A stretch of DNA of 64,000 nucleotides from an uncultured delta proteobacterium (GTDB lineage Bacteria; Desulfobacterota; BSN033; UBA1163). Positions 28,811-39,317 of this stretch are shown one piece after another (within the stretch, counting starts at the first letter, position 1; every line of letters begins with the position of its first letter). Location: NCBI GenBank assembly GCA_963827685.1, contig CAWHBU010000003.1:704001-768000 (forward strand), written 5' to 3'. Below the pieces are notes generated by a model. The model was not told the origin of the DNA and ran no database searches. It saw nothing but the letters and a program-made list of their open reading frames with translations. A program made the translations under genes and the position numbers.

Positions 28811-31800
28811 ATGGAACCATCTCTTATTTCCAAAAGATATTCATATCTCCTTGCAGGGATTTTGGTCTTTCTTGGACTATACCTGGCCAGTCTCTACAAT
28901 TACCTCCTTTTTCACAGCCTCGCCGAAATCTTCTCTATTGTTGTCGCTTGCGGCATCTTTATGGTCACTTGGAACTCCCGCCGTTTCCTCAACAACAATT
29001 ATCTTCTCCTCCTGGGGATCGCCTATCTATTCGTTGGCGGTCTGGATCTAATCCACACCCTGGCCTACAAAGGGATGGGGGTATTTCACGGATATGAAAC
29101 CAATTTGCCCACCCAACTTTGGATCGCTGCTCGATACATGGGGAGTCTTTCTCTCTTCCTGGCCCCCTTCTTTTTTGGACGGAAGTTGAAAGTCAATTTT
29201 GTATTTCTCGCATATGCGTTAGCTACTTTTCTCCTGCTGTTGTCCATCTTCTACTGGAGTATTTTCCCCGTTTGCTTTATCGAAGGGATTGGATTAACCC
29301 CATTTAAGAAGATCAGTGAATATATTATCTCACTCATTCTTTTGGGATCGATTGCCCTGCTTCTAAAGAATCGAAGGGAGTTTGAACTAAAGGTACTGCA
29401 GGGGTTGGTTTGGTCCATTACCGTGAGCGTTGCTTCTGAATTAGCCTTCACATTTTACATCGATGCTTACGGATTCTCCAATTTAATTGGTCACTTTTTC
29501 AAGATTCTATCATTCTATTTCATTTACAAAGCCATTATCGAGACGGGCCTAACAAAGCCTTATGACCTCCTTTTCAGAAATTTGAAGCAAAGCGAAATGA
29601 CGGTGCGGGAAGAGAAGAACAAAATACAGAACTACCTTGATATTGCAGGGGTGATCCTCGTCGTAGTCGATGCCAACCAAACGGTGAGCCTGATCAACAA
29701 AAAAGGCTGTGAAATCTTAGGATATGATGAAGAGGAGATTCTTGGCAAAAAGTGGTTTGATACATTCATCCCAGAAAAAAATAGAGATGGAGTGAGAGTG
29801 AGTTTCGAAAAGCTCATGAAAGGGGAAATTGAAACTGTTGAATGTTTCGAGAATCCGATTTTAACCAGAAACGGTGAAGAAAGAGTCATTGGATGGCATA
29901 ACGTCGTATTGAGAGATGAGAAAGGGAATATTACTTCTACCTTAAGCTCGGGAGAAGACATCACCGAGCGCAAGAAGATGGAAAAACTCCTTACCCAACT
30001 TGCATCTTTTCCAGAGCTTAACCCAAATCCCATTGTTGAAGTCGACCTGGCCGGACATATTCACTATCTCAATCCTGCTGCCGAAAACTTATTTCCCAAC
30101 CTTCACCACAAAGGGCTCACTCACCCATGGCTGATGGATTTAGAGAAAATGGACGACACGCTGAAGAGCGAACCCAAAAGAGCCCATGTTCGGGAACTAA
30201 AAGCCGGGGATAACTGGTACCAACAGGCAATTCACTCAGTCATGGAAGGTAGGCGATTACGGATCTATGGCTTTAACATCACCAAGCGCAAGAAGGCGGA
30301 GGAAGCGATCAGGGCAAGTGAAGAACGGATGCGGGAGCAAGCGGCGCGTTTGCAGACAGTGCTGGATACCGCGCCTGCGATCATCTGGGTCGCTGGCGAC
30401 AGGGAGTGCAGAGAGATTATAGGAAACCGTGCAGCATATGTTTTCTTACGGGTGCCAGAGGGGACCGATATGTCGAAGTCGGGGCGGGCGCCGGAACGCC
30501 TTGCGCACTACCGCGTCTTCAAGGATGGGGTGGAACTGACGGCACGGGAGATGCCGATCCAGAGGGTGGCGGCGTCAGGTCAAGGACTCAGCGACTATTC
30601 TATGGAGCTTGTCTTTGACGACGGGACGGTGCGCTCGGTATTGGGCAACATCAGCCCGGTGCTCGACTCCGAAGGACAACCAAACGGCGCCATCGCCGCC
30701 TTCGTGGACATCACCGAGCGCAAGCAAATGGCGGAGGAACTCCGCAAATCCCACGATGAGCTGGAATTACGGGTTCAGGAGCGGACCGCTGAGTTAACAA
30801 AAGCTAATGAAAAACTGGAAGACCAGTCACGGATCTTAGAGGGATTCTTCACTTCCATGATTACTCCGTTAGTATTTCTTGACAGAAATTTCAATTTTAT
30901 CAGAGTCAATGAGGCCTATGCCAAAGCCTGTCAGCGCGAGGTGTCAGAGTTTCCCGGCTATAACCATTTTGAATTCTATCCCTCTGATGCCAAGGCCAAA
31001 TTCGAGCAGGTTGTCCAGACAAAAGAGCCTTACGTGGCCATTGGGAAACCTTTTACCTTCCCAGATCATCCCGAGTGGGGAACCTCTTATTGGGACTGGA
31101 CACTAACGCCTCTATTAGACCAGAAAGGTGAGGTTGAATATTTAGTTCTCTCGCTTGAGGACGTGACCGAGCGCGTCCGAGCGGAGAAATCGAGGAGCCG
31201 GCTCGCCCATATCGTTGAAACAACGTCCGACCTCATAGGAATGGCAAATTTGGACGGGCAGTTGTTCTACCTAAATAAAGCCGGTCGGAAGATGCTTGGC
31301 CTCGGTGAGGAGGAGGATATATCGGGAGTGAGGATTGCTGACGCCCACCCTGACTGGGCGAGCGTCATGGTTCTTACTGAAGGTATTCCAAGCGCTTTGC
31401 AGACGGGTTTCTGGAGCGGCGAGACTGCTTTTCTGCGCCGTGATGGAGCGGAGATCCCCGCTTCTCAGGTCATCCTCGCACATAAAGGTCCGAATGGAGA
31501 GGTGGAGTTCCTTTCCACGATTGCGCGGGATATTACCGAGCGCAAGCAAGCCGAGGAGGCTGTCAAAGCCGAACGGCAGCGGTTCAATAACGTTCTGGAG
31601 ATGCTACCAGCCTATTTAGTGCTGTTGACGCCGGATTATCACGTGTCCTTCGCCAATCGCTTCTTCCGGGAGCGCTTCGGCGAGTCCCACGGCCGGCGCT
31701 GCTTTGAGTATCTCTTTGGCCTCAGCGAGCCCTGCGAGATTTGCGAAACTTATACCGTTCTGGAAACCAATACTTCCCACCATTGGGAATGGACCGGCCC

Positions 31801-33892
31801 AGACGGCCGCATTTATGATGTCTTCGACTTTCCCTTCACCGACACCGACGGCTCCACCTTCATCCTCGAGATGGGCATTGATATTACCGATCGCAAGCGT
31901 GCCGAGCATGCCTTACACGAAGCTTCCTTGTATAACCGGAGCCTCATCGAAGCAAGTCTTGATCCTCTTGTCACCATCAGCGCCGAAGGTAAGGTGACGG
32001 ATGTCAACAGGGCGACGGAGCTTGCGACCGGTGTTCCCCGTGACCAACTCATCGGAAGCGATTTTTCCGATTACTTCACCGAACCCGAGAAAGCAAGAGA
32101 GGGGTACCGGCAGGTGTTTGAGATAGGATCGGTGAAGGATTATCCTCTCTCCATCCGACATACATCAGGGAATATCATTGAGGTATTATACAATGCGGCA
32201 GTATATCGGAATGAAGCTGGAGAGGTGCAAGGTGTCTTTGCGGCTGCACGGGATATCACCGAGCGAAAAAGAGCCGAAGAGGCTGCTCAGGCCCAATACG
32301 CTCTCCGTGAGGCTATAGAAAACTCGCTTGTCGCCGGTATCATGGTTGTGGAAAAAGATGGAAAGCTCGCTCATGCAAATCCTGCCTTCTACAGGATGAC
32401 GGGGTGGAAGGAAGAAGAATTGATAGGATCAATGCCGCCCTTTGCCTTTTGGCCACCCGAAACCTTGGGAATTCGCACCGAGTCTCTTCGCGCATTGCTA
32501 AGCGGGAAGATACCGCTGAAAAGCTTTGAAGCCCGTCTCCGCCGAAAAAATGGAGAGAGTTTCGATGCCCTTGTAGTGGTCTCGTCTTTAAAAAACGCTC
32601 AAGGAAAGGCGCTGGGATGGGTTGCTTCGATCGGAGATATTACCCAACGAAAGGAAACGGAAAGGCAAATCAACGCAACCAATGCCTTGCTCAGTCTATT
32701 TTCGAAAAAATCTTTACGAAAGGAATACCTGAATTCAGTGGTCGATCTCATTCAAAGTTGGAGCGGATGCCGATGTGTAGGCATCCGAGTGTTGAATAAG
32801 CAGGGGGGCATCCCTTATGAGTCCTATGTGGGGTTCAGCCGGGAATTCTGGGAATCGGAGAATTGGCTTTCGGTTCAAAGGGATCAGTGCGTTTGCATCC
32901 GCATTGTCACTGGAAAATCGGATCCCCAGGATATCTCCGTCATAACGCCAGGGGGGTCATTTCGTTGTGGCAACACAATAGAATTTGTAAACCATCTTTC
33001 AGAGGAGGAAAAATCGAGATATCGAGGCGTCTGTATACAAAATGGATTCCTTTCTGTGACGATCATCCCGATTCGCTACCTTGACAAAATAGTGGGGGCA
33101 ATTCATCTGGCCGATGAAAGAGAGGCATTCATGCCGTTAAGTATCGTGGAATTCCTTGAGTCCATGGCACCTCTCATCGGAGAAGCGGTCAACAGGCTTA
33201 ATTTGGAAGAGGAATTACGGGAATCGGAGAATCGGCTCCGCTCCCTCTCTTCACACCTTTTAACCGTTCAGGAAAATGAGAGGAAAAGGATTGCTATGGA
33301 ACTCCATGATAGCATTGGACAAATGTTGACTGCTATCAAATTCAAAGTAGAGAATACCCTCCAAGAAAAGGGTAAGGGCAAGGCGAGAGCAAGAGAAAAA
33401 TCATTAGAGGCTATCGTTCCAATGGTTAGAGAAAGCGTTCAAGAAGTCAGAAGAATTCAGATGGATTTGCGCCCTTCCACTCTGGATGACCTGGGGATCT
33501 TAGCCACCCTGGGGTGGTTCTGCCGGGAATATCAAAGAATCTATTCTCGCATTCGCATCGAAAAAGAGATTGGCCTCCAGGAAAACGAAGTCTCTCCCAT
33601 TCTTAAGACCGTGATCTACCGATTGACGCAGGAGGCCCTGAACAATATCGCCAAGCACAGCAAGGCAGAGCTCGTTCATCTCTCACTGAGAAAAAAAGGC
33701 GACAGGATAGAATTGGTCATTAAAGATAACGGGACGGGATTCGACTTAGCAGAAACCCTTTCCTCGGAAAGATCTAAGAGAGGATTGGGGCTTAATAGCA
33801 TGAGAGAACGGGCCGAACTCTCGGGAGGGACTTTTGAGATCGAAACGACCATGGGAAAAGGAACGGTGATCAAAGCCAGTTGGCCAATTTGA
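28811..33892 (+). CDS. Membrane sensor histidine kinase: MASE3, multiple PAS/PAC, GAF, HisKA_3, HATPase
   Basis: NYLLFHSLAEIFSI (MASE3), repeated DITERK, ERKRIAMELHDSIGQ, QEALNNIAKHS, DNGTGF, GLGL. Confidence 0.93.
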   Translation: MEPSLISKRYSYLLAGILVFLGLYLASLYNYLLFHSLAEIFSIVVACGIFMVTWNSRRFLNNNYLLLLGIAYLFVGGLDLIHTLAYKGMGVFHGYETNLPTQLWIAARYMGSLSLFLAPFFFGRKLKVNFVFLAYALATFLLLLSIFYWSIFPVCFIEGIGLTPFKKISEYIISLILLGSIALLLKNRREFELKVLQGLVWSITVSVASELAFTFYIDAYGFSNLIGHFFKILSFYFIYKAIIETGLTKPYDLLFRNLKQSEMTVREEKNKIQNYLDIAGVILVVVDANQTVSLINKKGCEILGYDEEEILGKKWFDTFIPEKNRDGVRVSFEKLMKGEIETVECFENPILTRNGEERVIGWHNVVLRDEKGNITSTLSSGEDITERKKMEKLLTQLASFPELNPNPIVEVDLAGHIHYLNPAAENLFPNLHHKGLTHPWLMDLEKMDDTLKSEPKRAHVRELKAGDNWYQQAIHSVMEGRRLRIYGFNITKRKKAEEAIRASEERMREQAARLQTVLDTAPAIIWVAGDRECREIIGNRAAYVFLRVPEGTDMSKSGRAPERLAHYRVFKDGVELTAREMPIQRVAASGQGLSDYSMELVFDDGTVRSVLGNISPVLDSEGQPNGAIAAFVDITERKQMAEELRKSHDELELRVQERTAELTKANEKLEDQSRILEGFFTSMITPLVFLDRNFNFIRVNEAYAKACQREVSEFPGYNHFEFYPSDAKAKFEQVVQTKEPYVAIGKPFTFPDHPEWGTSYWDWTLTPLLDQKGEVEYLVLSLEDVTERVRAEKSRSRLAHIVETTSDLIGMANLDGQLFYLNKAGRKMLGLGEEEDISGVRIADAHPDWASVMVLTEGIPSALQTGFWSGETAFLRRDGAEIPASQVILAHKGPNGEVEFLSTIARDITERKQAEEAVKAERQRFNNVLEMLPAYLVLLTPDYHVSFANRFFRERFGESHGRRCFEYLFGLSEPCEICETYTVLETNTSHHWEWTGPDGRIYDVFDFPFTDTDGSTFILEMGIDITDRKRAEHALHEASLYNRSLIEASLDPLVTISAEGKVTDVNRATELATGVPRDQLIGSDFSDYFTEPEKAREGYRQVFEIGSVKDYPLSIRHTSGNIIEVLYNAAVYRNEAGEVQGVFAAARDITERKRAEEAAQAQYALREAIENSLVAGIMVVEKDGKLAHANPAFYRMTGWKEEELIGSMPPFAFWPPETLGIRTESLRALLSGKIPLKSFEARLRRKNGESFDALVVVSSLKNAQGKALGWVASIGDITQRKETERQINATNALLSLFSKKSLRKEYLNSVVDLIQSWSGCRCVGIRVLNKQGGIPYESYVGFSREFWESENWLSVQRDQCVCIRIVTGKSDPQDISVITPGGSFRCGNTIEFVNHLSEEEKSRYRGVCIQNGFLSVTIIPIRYLDKIVGAIHLADEREAFMPLSIVEFLESMAPLIGEAVNRLNLEEELRESENRLRSLSSHLLTVQENERKRIAMELHDSIGQMLTAIKFKVENTLQEKGKGKARAREKSLEAIVPMVRESVQEVRRIQMDLRPSTLDDLGILATLGWFCREYQRIYSRIRIEKEIGLQENEVSPILKTVIYRLTQEALNNIAKHSKAELVHLSLRKKGDRIELVIKDNGTGFDLAETLSSERSKRGLGLNSMRERAELSGGTFEIETTMGKGTVIKASWPI

Positions 33893-33924
33893 TTGCGGAA
33901 TGCGGAGTGCGGATTGCTGAGTAA

Positions 33925-34344
33925 ATGAACTACTCCCTTGATATAGAACACGGAATGAAAATGAATGAATACAAGAACATGACAGGTGAAAAACAGAATT
34001 ATCTTAAAGAACGGACAAAGATGTTTGCTTTGCAGATAATTAAATTGGTTGAACAATTGCCAAAAGGGCGAACGGCAGATGTCATTGGAAGGCAGTTATT
34101 AGAGTCGGGTACCTCTGTCGGAGCCAATTACCGTGCTGCAAGCAGGGCAAGATCGCCTGCTGACTTCATCTCGAAGATGGGAATTGTTGAGGAAGAGGCC
34201 GACGAAACAATATATTGGATGGAGCTTCTTGTTCTTTCAGGATTAATTCATAAATCCGATATAACAAACCTACTAGATGAAGCAAACCAAATTTTAGCCA
34301 TGACCGTTTCTTCAATCAAGACGGCAAAAACAAGAAAAAAATGA
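33925..34344 (+). CDS. Four-helix-bundle protein (TIGR02436 / 23S rRNA IVP-like); true start may be 33961 or 33979
   Basis: RTKMFALQII, GRQLL.SGTSVGANYRAA.RARS..DFISK..IV.EEADET.YW. Confidence 0.9.
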   Translation: MNYSLDIEHGMKMNEYKNMTGEKQNYLKERTKMFALQIIKLVEQLPKGRTADVIGRQLLESGTSVGANYRAASRARSPADFISKMGIVEEEADETIYWMELLVLSGLIHKSDITNLLDEANQILAMTVSSIKTAKTRKK

Positions 34345-34388
34345 CTCCATGTTCCGCGATCCGCACTCCGCATTCTGCATTGCGGTTA

Positions 34389-35048
34389 TCATTCACGCGA
34401 GACCAATCCCCTCTCAATGGCGAAGGTGGTCAGGGCCTGGATGTTGTGAAGATCCAATTTTTCCATGAGATTGGCCCGGTGTTTCTCAACCGTCTTGACG
34501 CTGATACAGAGATCATCTGCAATCTCTTTATTCTTGTATCCTTCGGCAATCAGCTTCAGGATCTCTCTCTCTCGCTGGGTCAGGGTTTCCCAGGATGTGC
34601 GGGATTTTAGACTCTTTTTCCCCTCTAAGTACCCTACGATCACCTTTTCTGAGATTTCAGGACTGATATAATGTTTACCGTTTAAGACTTTTTTAACTGC
34701 CATCACTAACTCGGAATGGGTAGAATCCTTTAAGATATACCCATCGGCTCCGGCCCGGAAGGTGGCCAGGATGTATTCCTCCGCCTTGTGAACGGTTAAG
34801 ACCAGGACCTTGGTCGCCGGTGATTCCCTCTTGATCTCCTTAATGGCCTCCATACCGTTCATCCTTGGCATGGAGAGGTCCGTCAGGATGAGGTCGGGTT
34901 TGAATTTCTCAGCACAGCGGATGGCCTCCCGGCCGTCTTCTGCCTCCCCCACGATCTCGAAGTTTGGATTTGAGGAAAGGAGTGACCGCAATCCCTCCCT
35001 GAGGATGGTATGATCTTCAGCGATGACAATTCGAACTTTTTGGCTCAT
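34389..35048 (-). CDS. NarL/LuxR family response regulator
   Basis: REC domain (AEDH, DLSMP) plus LTQREREIL...SVKTVEKHRANLM. Confidence 0.95.
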   Translation of the reverse strand: MSQKVRIVIAEDHTILREGLRSLLSSNPNFEIVGEAEDGREAIRCAEKFKPDLILTDLSMPRMNGMEAIKEIKRESPATKVLVLTVHKAEEYILATFRAGADGYILKDSTHSELVMAVKKVLNGKHYISPEISEKVIVGYLEGKKSLKSRTSWETLTQREREILKLIAEGYKNKEIADDLCISVKTVEKHRANLMEKLDLHNIQALTTFAIERGLVSRE

Positions 35049-35219
35049 GAGTTAGATTCCTCCTCTCCCGATCTACCCACCTTATGGTAGATATCCTTCT
35101 TACTTAGTTTTACCCCCAAAAATACTGTATAACCCTCGTCCAATTACAGTGTATACCCTATTTACCATTTTTGTAACTATTAGTAAAGTAGATGCATGAT
35201 GGGTAGAGAAGGAAAGTCG

Positions 35220-35627
35220 ATGAGAGTAGATATGGAACGCGTATTAATTGTTGAGGATAACCCTTTCTTCCTGCAATTTCTCAAGGAGACCCTCCATTCC
35301 CGATTCCCTTCAATAGATATTCTTGAAGCAGCCAACGGAGAGGAGGCGATGCAGAAGATAAAGACGCTCAAGCCCGAAGCCATCTTTATGGACCTCAGAT
35401 TGCCCGGGGAAAACGGCCTCGAATTAACAAAAAAGATAAAGGCCGAACATCCGGACATCATCGTCGTCATTATTACAAATTATGATTTACCGGAATATCG
35501 AGAGGCTGCATACCAGTGTAAGGCAGATCATTTCCTTTCAAAGGATTCCTTTCTGAATATGATAAATTCTATTTTACCAAATCGAAATACTGGTCAGGAT
35601 GATTCACATCGCAAGCAACCATCTTAA
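35220..35627 (+). CDS. Stand-alone receiver protein
   Basis: IVEDN, FMDLRLPGENG, FLSK. Confidence 0.88.
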   Translation: MRVDMERVLIVEDNPFFLQFLKETLHSRFPSIDILEAANGEEAMQKIKTLKPEAIFMDLRLPGENGLELTKKIKAEHPDIIVVIITNYDLPEYREAAYQCKADHFLSKDSFLNMINSILPNRNTGQDDSHRKQPS

Positions 35628-35643
35628 AGGGGGTCAATTTACC

Positions 35644-36045
35644 GTGCCCAAAGCATTGCTCGTTGAGGATAGCACCATTTTCCGAAAATTACTTAAAGAG
35701 ACCCTGCATTCTGGATTTCCGTCCCTGGAGATTTCTGAGGCGACAGATGGGGAGGAAGCGATGCAAGAAATTGACGCCCGACCACCTGACCTCATCTTCA
35801 TGGACATCAAATTACGCGGAGAAAACGGCCTTGAGCTAACTGCAAAGATAAAAGACAAATATCCTGACGTAATCGTCATCATTCTGACGAGTTACGATAC
35901 CCCGGAATATCGAGAGGCAGCGGTTCGAGCCAAAGCTGACCATTTTCTTTCAAAAGGTTCATCAAGCAAAGAGGGTATTTTGGCATTAGTTGAGTCTATT
36001 TGGGCTGGCCGGTGGAGGCCTACGGGCAAAGCCCGTGGTTCCTAA
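35644..36045 (+). CDS. Stand-alone receiver protein, paralog of the upstream gene
   Basis: LVEDS, FMDIKLRGENG, PEYREAA, FLSK; GTG start after AGGGGG. Confidence 0.88.
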   Translation: MPKALLVEDSTIFRKLLKETLHSGFPSLEISEATDGEEAMQEIDARPPDLIFMDIKLRGENGLELTAKIKDKYPDVIVIILTSYDTPEYREAAVRAKADHFLSKGSSSKEGILALVESIWAGRWRPTGKARGS

Positions 36046-36287
36046 TCAACGCCCCTGAGGGGCGACATCTCGGCCAAGAGATGGTTGCATTCATTCACGG
36101 CCGAAGGCCGTGGTTTTCTGCTGCCGGGGTAAACCCGACCTATTCCCCTCTGGCAAAGGAGATCTAAGGGGATTTTAAAAAGGAAATACCGTATTTTCCC
36201 ACATAAAATAATGGGTTTATTTAATTCACTTTTTACACCATTTTACGTAACAATACTTCTAAACCCCTAGCCCTGAGGAGGCAGCTA

Positions 36288-36665
36288 ATGAGAGATTACA
36301 AAATTCTGTTAGTGGACAGAAATCCCAAGAGCCTCCAGGAAATGAGTCTGTTCCCGGATTCAACATCCGAAGCACTAAAATGCGGACCGGACGAGAACAT
36401 TCTGAACCTGCTGAAGATCATATCGCACGATATCCGAGGGCCTCTCGTCTCAATGGTGGCAACCCTGAAGCTGCTGAATCGGGGATATTACGGGAAAATG
36501 GACGAGGACGTGGCCAATAAGATCAAGGAGCTCCTCTCAAATGCCACCCGCCTCACTGAGATATATGCGCAGAGTGGTTTAGATGAGGACAAACAAAATT
36601 GGCAAATGGCAAACCAAAAGAAAGGGGGTGGCGAAAGTGCTCCACGGTTACGGTCCGATCACTAA
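36288..36665 (+). pseudogene. Internally deleted hybrid histidine kinase remnant
   Basis: Receiver start (YKILLVD) joined to an H-box (ISHDIRGPL); no HATPase domain. Confidence 0.55.
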
Positions 36666-36888
36666 AAAGATATCAAAAAAGACCTTGACCAAACATCACC
36701 CTGGAGATCGTTTTGAGGATCTCATGAGGGGGGAATTTTTCAACGGGGCATTTAAGAAAATCCTTCTGCTTTCTCACGAGTCCCCGACCCAAAGACAACT
36801 ATTCCCCTCGATCACGGGTTGAGTCGCTTATGGAATAGCTGTCATTTGGGGTAGCCCATAAAGCAGATTGAAAAGGAGGACCAAAGGA

Positions 36889-38319
36889 ATGCATTACCCG
36901 CGAATGCGCTGGCATCAATGGTTTGTTTCTTTCCCTTATATTCTTCTCATCACCTTTTTGCTTTTTCCGTCCTCTCCCGTTCAGGGAGCAGAAAAAAGGG
37001 TTGATTTAAGCACTGCCATCGTGCAGGTGGCAAGACAAACGATTCCTGCTGTCGTGCATATCGAAGTGACAGAGCGTCAAGAAGTGGCGAATCCATTCTT
37101 CCCTTTCGAAAACGATCCGTTCTTTCGCCATTTTTTTGATGTTCCCAAGATACCAAAGAAGTTCAAACGGGAGTTGAAAGGGTTGGGGACAGGGATGATC
37201 ATCGATCCCCAGGGCCACATTCTCACGAACTATCATGTGGCCGGAGGAGCGACCAAGATCGAGGTGCTTCTTTCAAACGGACAGCGATACCCGGCGAAAC
37301 TGGTGGGAGCCGATCCAAAAACAGATTTGGCGGTGATTCACATTTCGGCCAAGGAACACCTTCCCCACGTCACTTTTGGTGATTCTGACAAAGTGGAGGT
37401 GGGAGAGTGGGTGGTCGCCATTGGCCATCCCCGTGGTTTGGATCAGACGGTGACTCAAGGCATCATCAGCGCCAAGCATCGTCGCGGTATCACAGACCCC
37501 AGTAGTTATCAGGATTTTCTGCAAACGGACACAGCGATTAATCCGGGCAACAGTGGCGGTCCCCTCTTGAACCTCCAGGGCGAGGTGATCGGGGTCAACG
37601 CCGTGATCATGTCTGAGTCCGGTGGTTTTGAAGGGATTGGATTCGCTATCCCGGGCAATATGGCCCTCCATATTGCCAAGACATTGATTGTCCATGGCAA
37701 AGTGGAACGGGGCTGGCTGGGCGTTACCGTTCAGGATCTGACACCGGAATTGGCTAAAACGGTTCATGTGGAGACGCTCAAGGGCGCCTTGGTTGCTGAG
37801 GTGGTTAAAGAAGGGCCAGCGGAAAAGGCCGGACTGAAGAAAAATGACGTGATTATTGCTTACCGCGGTAAAGAGGTTCCGGATTCCGGTAGCCTCCGGA
37901 ATGAAGTGGCCGCTACACCCATCGGTCAGGAGGCAAAGTTGACCATTTTGCGCAGCGGCAAAAAAGAAGAGCTTACCATTAAGATCGGGAGTCTTGAAAC
38001 GGCCACGAAGCTATTGGCCTCCTCGATCAAAGAAAGACTTGGGGCAGAGGTAAGGCCTGTCACTTCTAAAGAGGCTGAAAAGTATGGTCTGGAGCCCAAA
38101 CAGGGTGTGGCGATCGCCTGGCTGGATTCTAAAGGGCCTCTTAAAGGGGCGGGGTTTGAGGTGGGAGATATTATTCTCGGCGTTGAGAATCAGGAGGTCG
38201 ATAGCCTTGAGACTTTTGTTAATCTGGTCGGTCCATTAAAACCAAACCAACGAATCACTCTGCTTGCCTTGGATTATCGTACCGGTAGTACAGGCGAGGT
38301 TCAGGTGGGGGTACGGTAG
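36889..38319 (+). CDS. DegP/HtrA (Do family) serine protease with two PDZ domains
   Basis: Signal peptide, LTNYHV, TDLAV, INPGNSGGPL. Confidence 0.95.
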   Translation: MHYPRMRWHQWFVSFPYILLITFLLFPSSPVQGAEKRVDLSTAIVQVARQTIPAVVHIEVTERQEVANPFFPFENDPFFRHFFDVPKIPKKFKRELKGLGTGMIIDPQGHILTNYHVAGGATKIEVLLSNGQRYPAKLVGADPKTDLAVIHISAKEHLPHVTFGDSDKVEVGEWVVAIGHPRGLDQTVTQGIISAKHRRGITDPSSYQDFLQTDTAINPGNSGGPLLNLQGEVIGVNAVIMSESGGFEGIGFAIPGNMALHIAKTLIVHGKVERGWLGVTVQDLTPELAKTVHVETLKGALVAEVVKEGPAEKAGLKKNDVIIAYRGKEVPDSGSLRNEVAATPIGQEAKLTILRSGKKEELTIKIGSLETATKLLASSIKERLGAEVRPVTSKEAEKYGLEPKQGVAIAWLDSKGPLKGAGFEVGDIILGVENQEVDSLETFVNLVGPLKPNQRITLLALDYRTGSTGEVQVGVR

Positions 38320-38554
38320 GATGAGATGAAAAAGAAGTGAGCAGAAAAAGGGTTAAGCCGATTCTTTCAAAAGTCATCCTCACATGACCGTATTATAGGG
38401 AGGTAAGGAAGACACTCATTCATGTTGAGCAGGCTCAAAAGGAAGGAGATGTGACGACGGCGTTCATGGTCAAAAAGATCCTTGAAGATGAAGGAGGCCG
38501 TCGCGACCTCTTTACCACGATGCCAAAGAGGTTTGAAGGAAATAGGAGGTGCCT

Positions 38555-38731
38555 ATGAAGTGCTATCGCTGCAGAGGTGACATGGTTTACGAAAAATTTT
38601 ATGGCCCCCACGAACACTTTTGGGGATGGCGATGCATCTTTTGTGGAGAGATTATTGATCAGGTGATTTTAGAAAATCGCGGTTCTCCAACGGGACGAGC
38701 TGTCGTCAATGGACGCACTCGGAGAAGGTGA
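38555..38731 (+). CDS. Small zinc-ribbon protein
   Basis: AGGAGG RBS; MKCYRCRG.M...GWRCIFCGEIID. Confidence 0.75.
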   Translation: MKCYRCRGDMVYEKFYGPHEHFWGWRCIFCGEIIDQVILENRGSPTGRAVVNGRTRRR

Positions 38732-38913
38732 TACCAGATGATCATCAAAGGAGGGTATAAGGAGAACAAAAGTTCATCGGTCTCAGTGAGGAAAGCACGG
38801 TGAACCTTTTGAAACCAGGGCTTCCTTCACGGTGGGAGAAAGGAGGCCCTGCATATAAATCTTGAAACTTCGCATAAGACAATATATGATTCTATCAAAA
38901 GAGAGGTTTAAAA

Positions 38914-39276
38914 ATGACGAATATCTTCTTTTATTTGCTTTTGGGTTTGGCTGCTGGAGTGATCAGCGGTCTGATCGGCATTGGGGGAGGAACGATTATT
39001 GTCCCGGTGCTGGTCTTTTTATTTGGACTGTCTCAACACGAAGCTCAAGGGACGACATTGGCACTGTTGGTCCCCCCCATCGGTTTCCTGGCCGCGTGGA
39101 CCTACTATAAAGAAGGATATGTGGACCTGAAAATTGCCTCCCTCATCTGTCTGGGTTTCTTTTTCGGCGGTCTCATAGGGGCCAAGCTGGCCACGAGATT
39201 GTCCAGCATTGTTTTGGAGAGAGTGTTTGGAATTGCTTTGCTTTTCATCTCGTTAAAGATGATCTTTGCAAAATAA
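38914..39276 (+). CDS. Half-size TauE/SafE (TSUP) transporter
   Basis: SGLIGIGGGTIIVPVL, QHEAQGTTLA. Confidence 0.88.
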   Translation: MTNIFFYLLLGLAAGVISGLIGIGGGTIIVPVLVFLFGLSQHEAQGTTLALLVPPIGFLAAWTYYKEGYVDLKIASLICLGFFFGGLIGAKLATRLSSIVLERVFGIALLFISLKMIFAK

Positions 39277-39317
39277 GAAAGAAAATATCTGTGTCATCCT
39301 CTTTGAAATCTGAGTAA

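Noticed and set aside
33925-34344. Diversity-generating retroelement (Avd-like protein)
   Set aside because: No reverse transcriptase and no template/variable repeat pair with adenine-specific mismatches in the window.
36020-36132. c-di-GMP-I riboswitch (GGGCAAAGCCC)
   Set aside because: It lacks the second GCAAA/P2 arrangement, overlaps a gene end, and matches IS605/REP-style hairpins (CACGG..CCGTGG) also seen near 23793.
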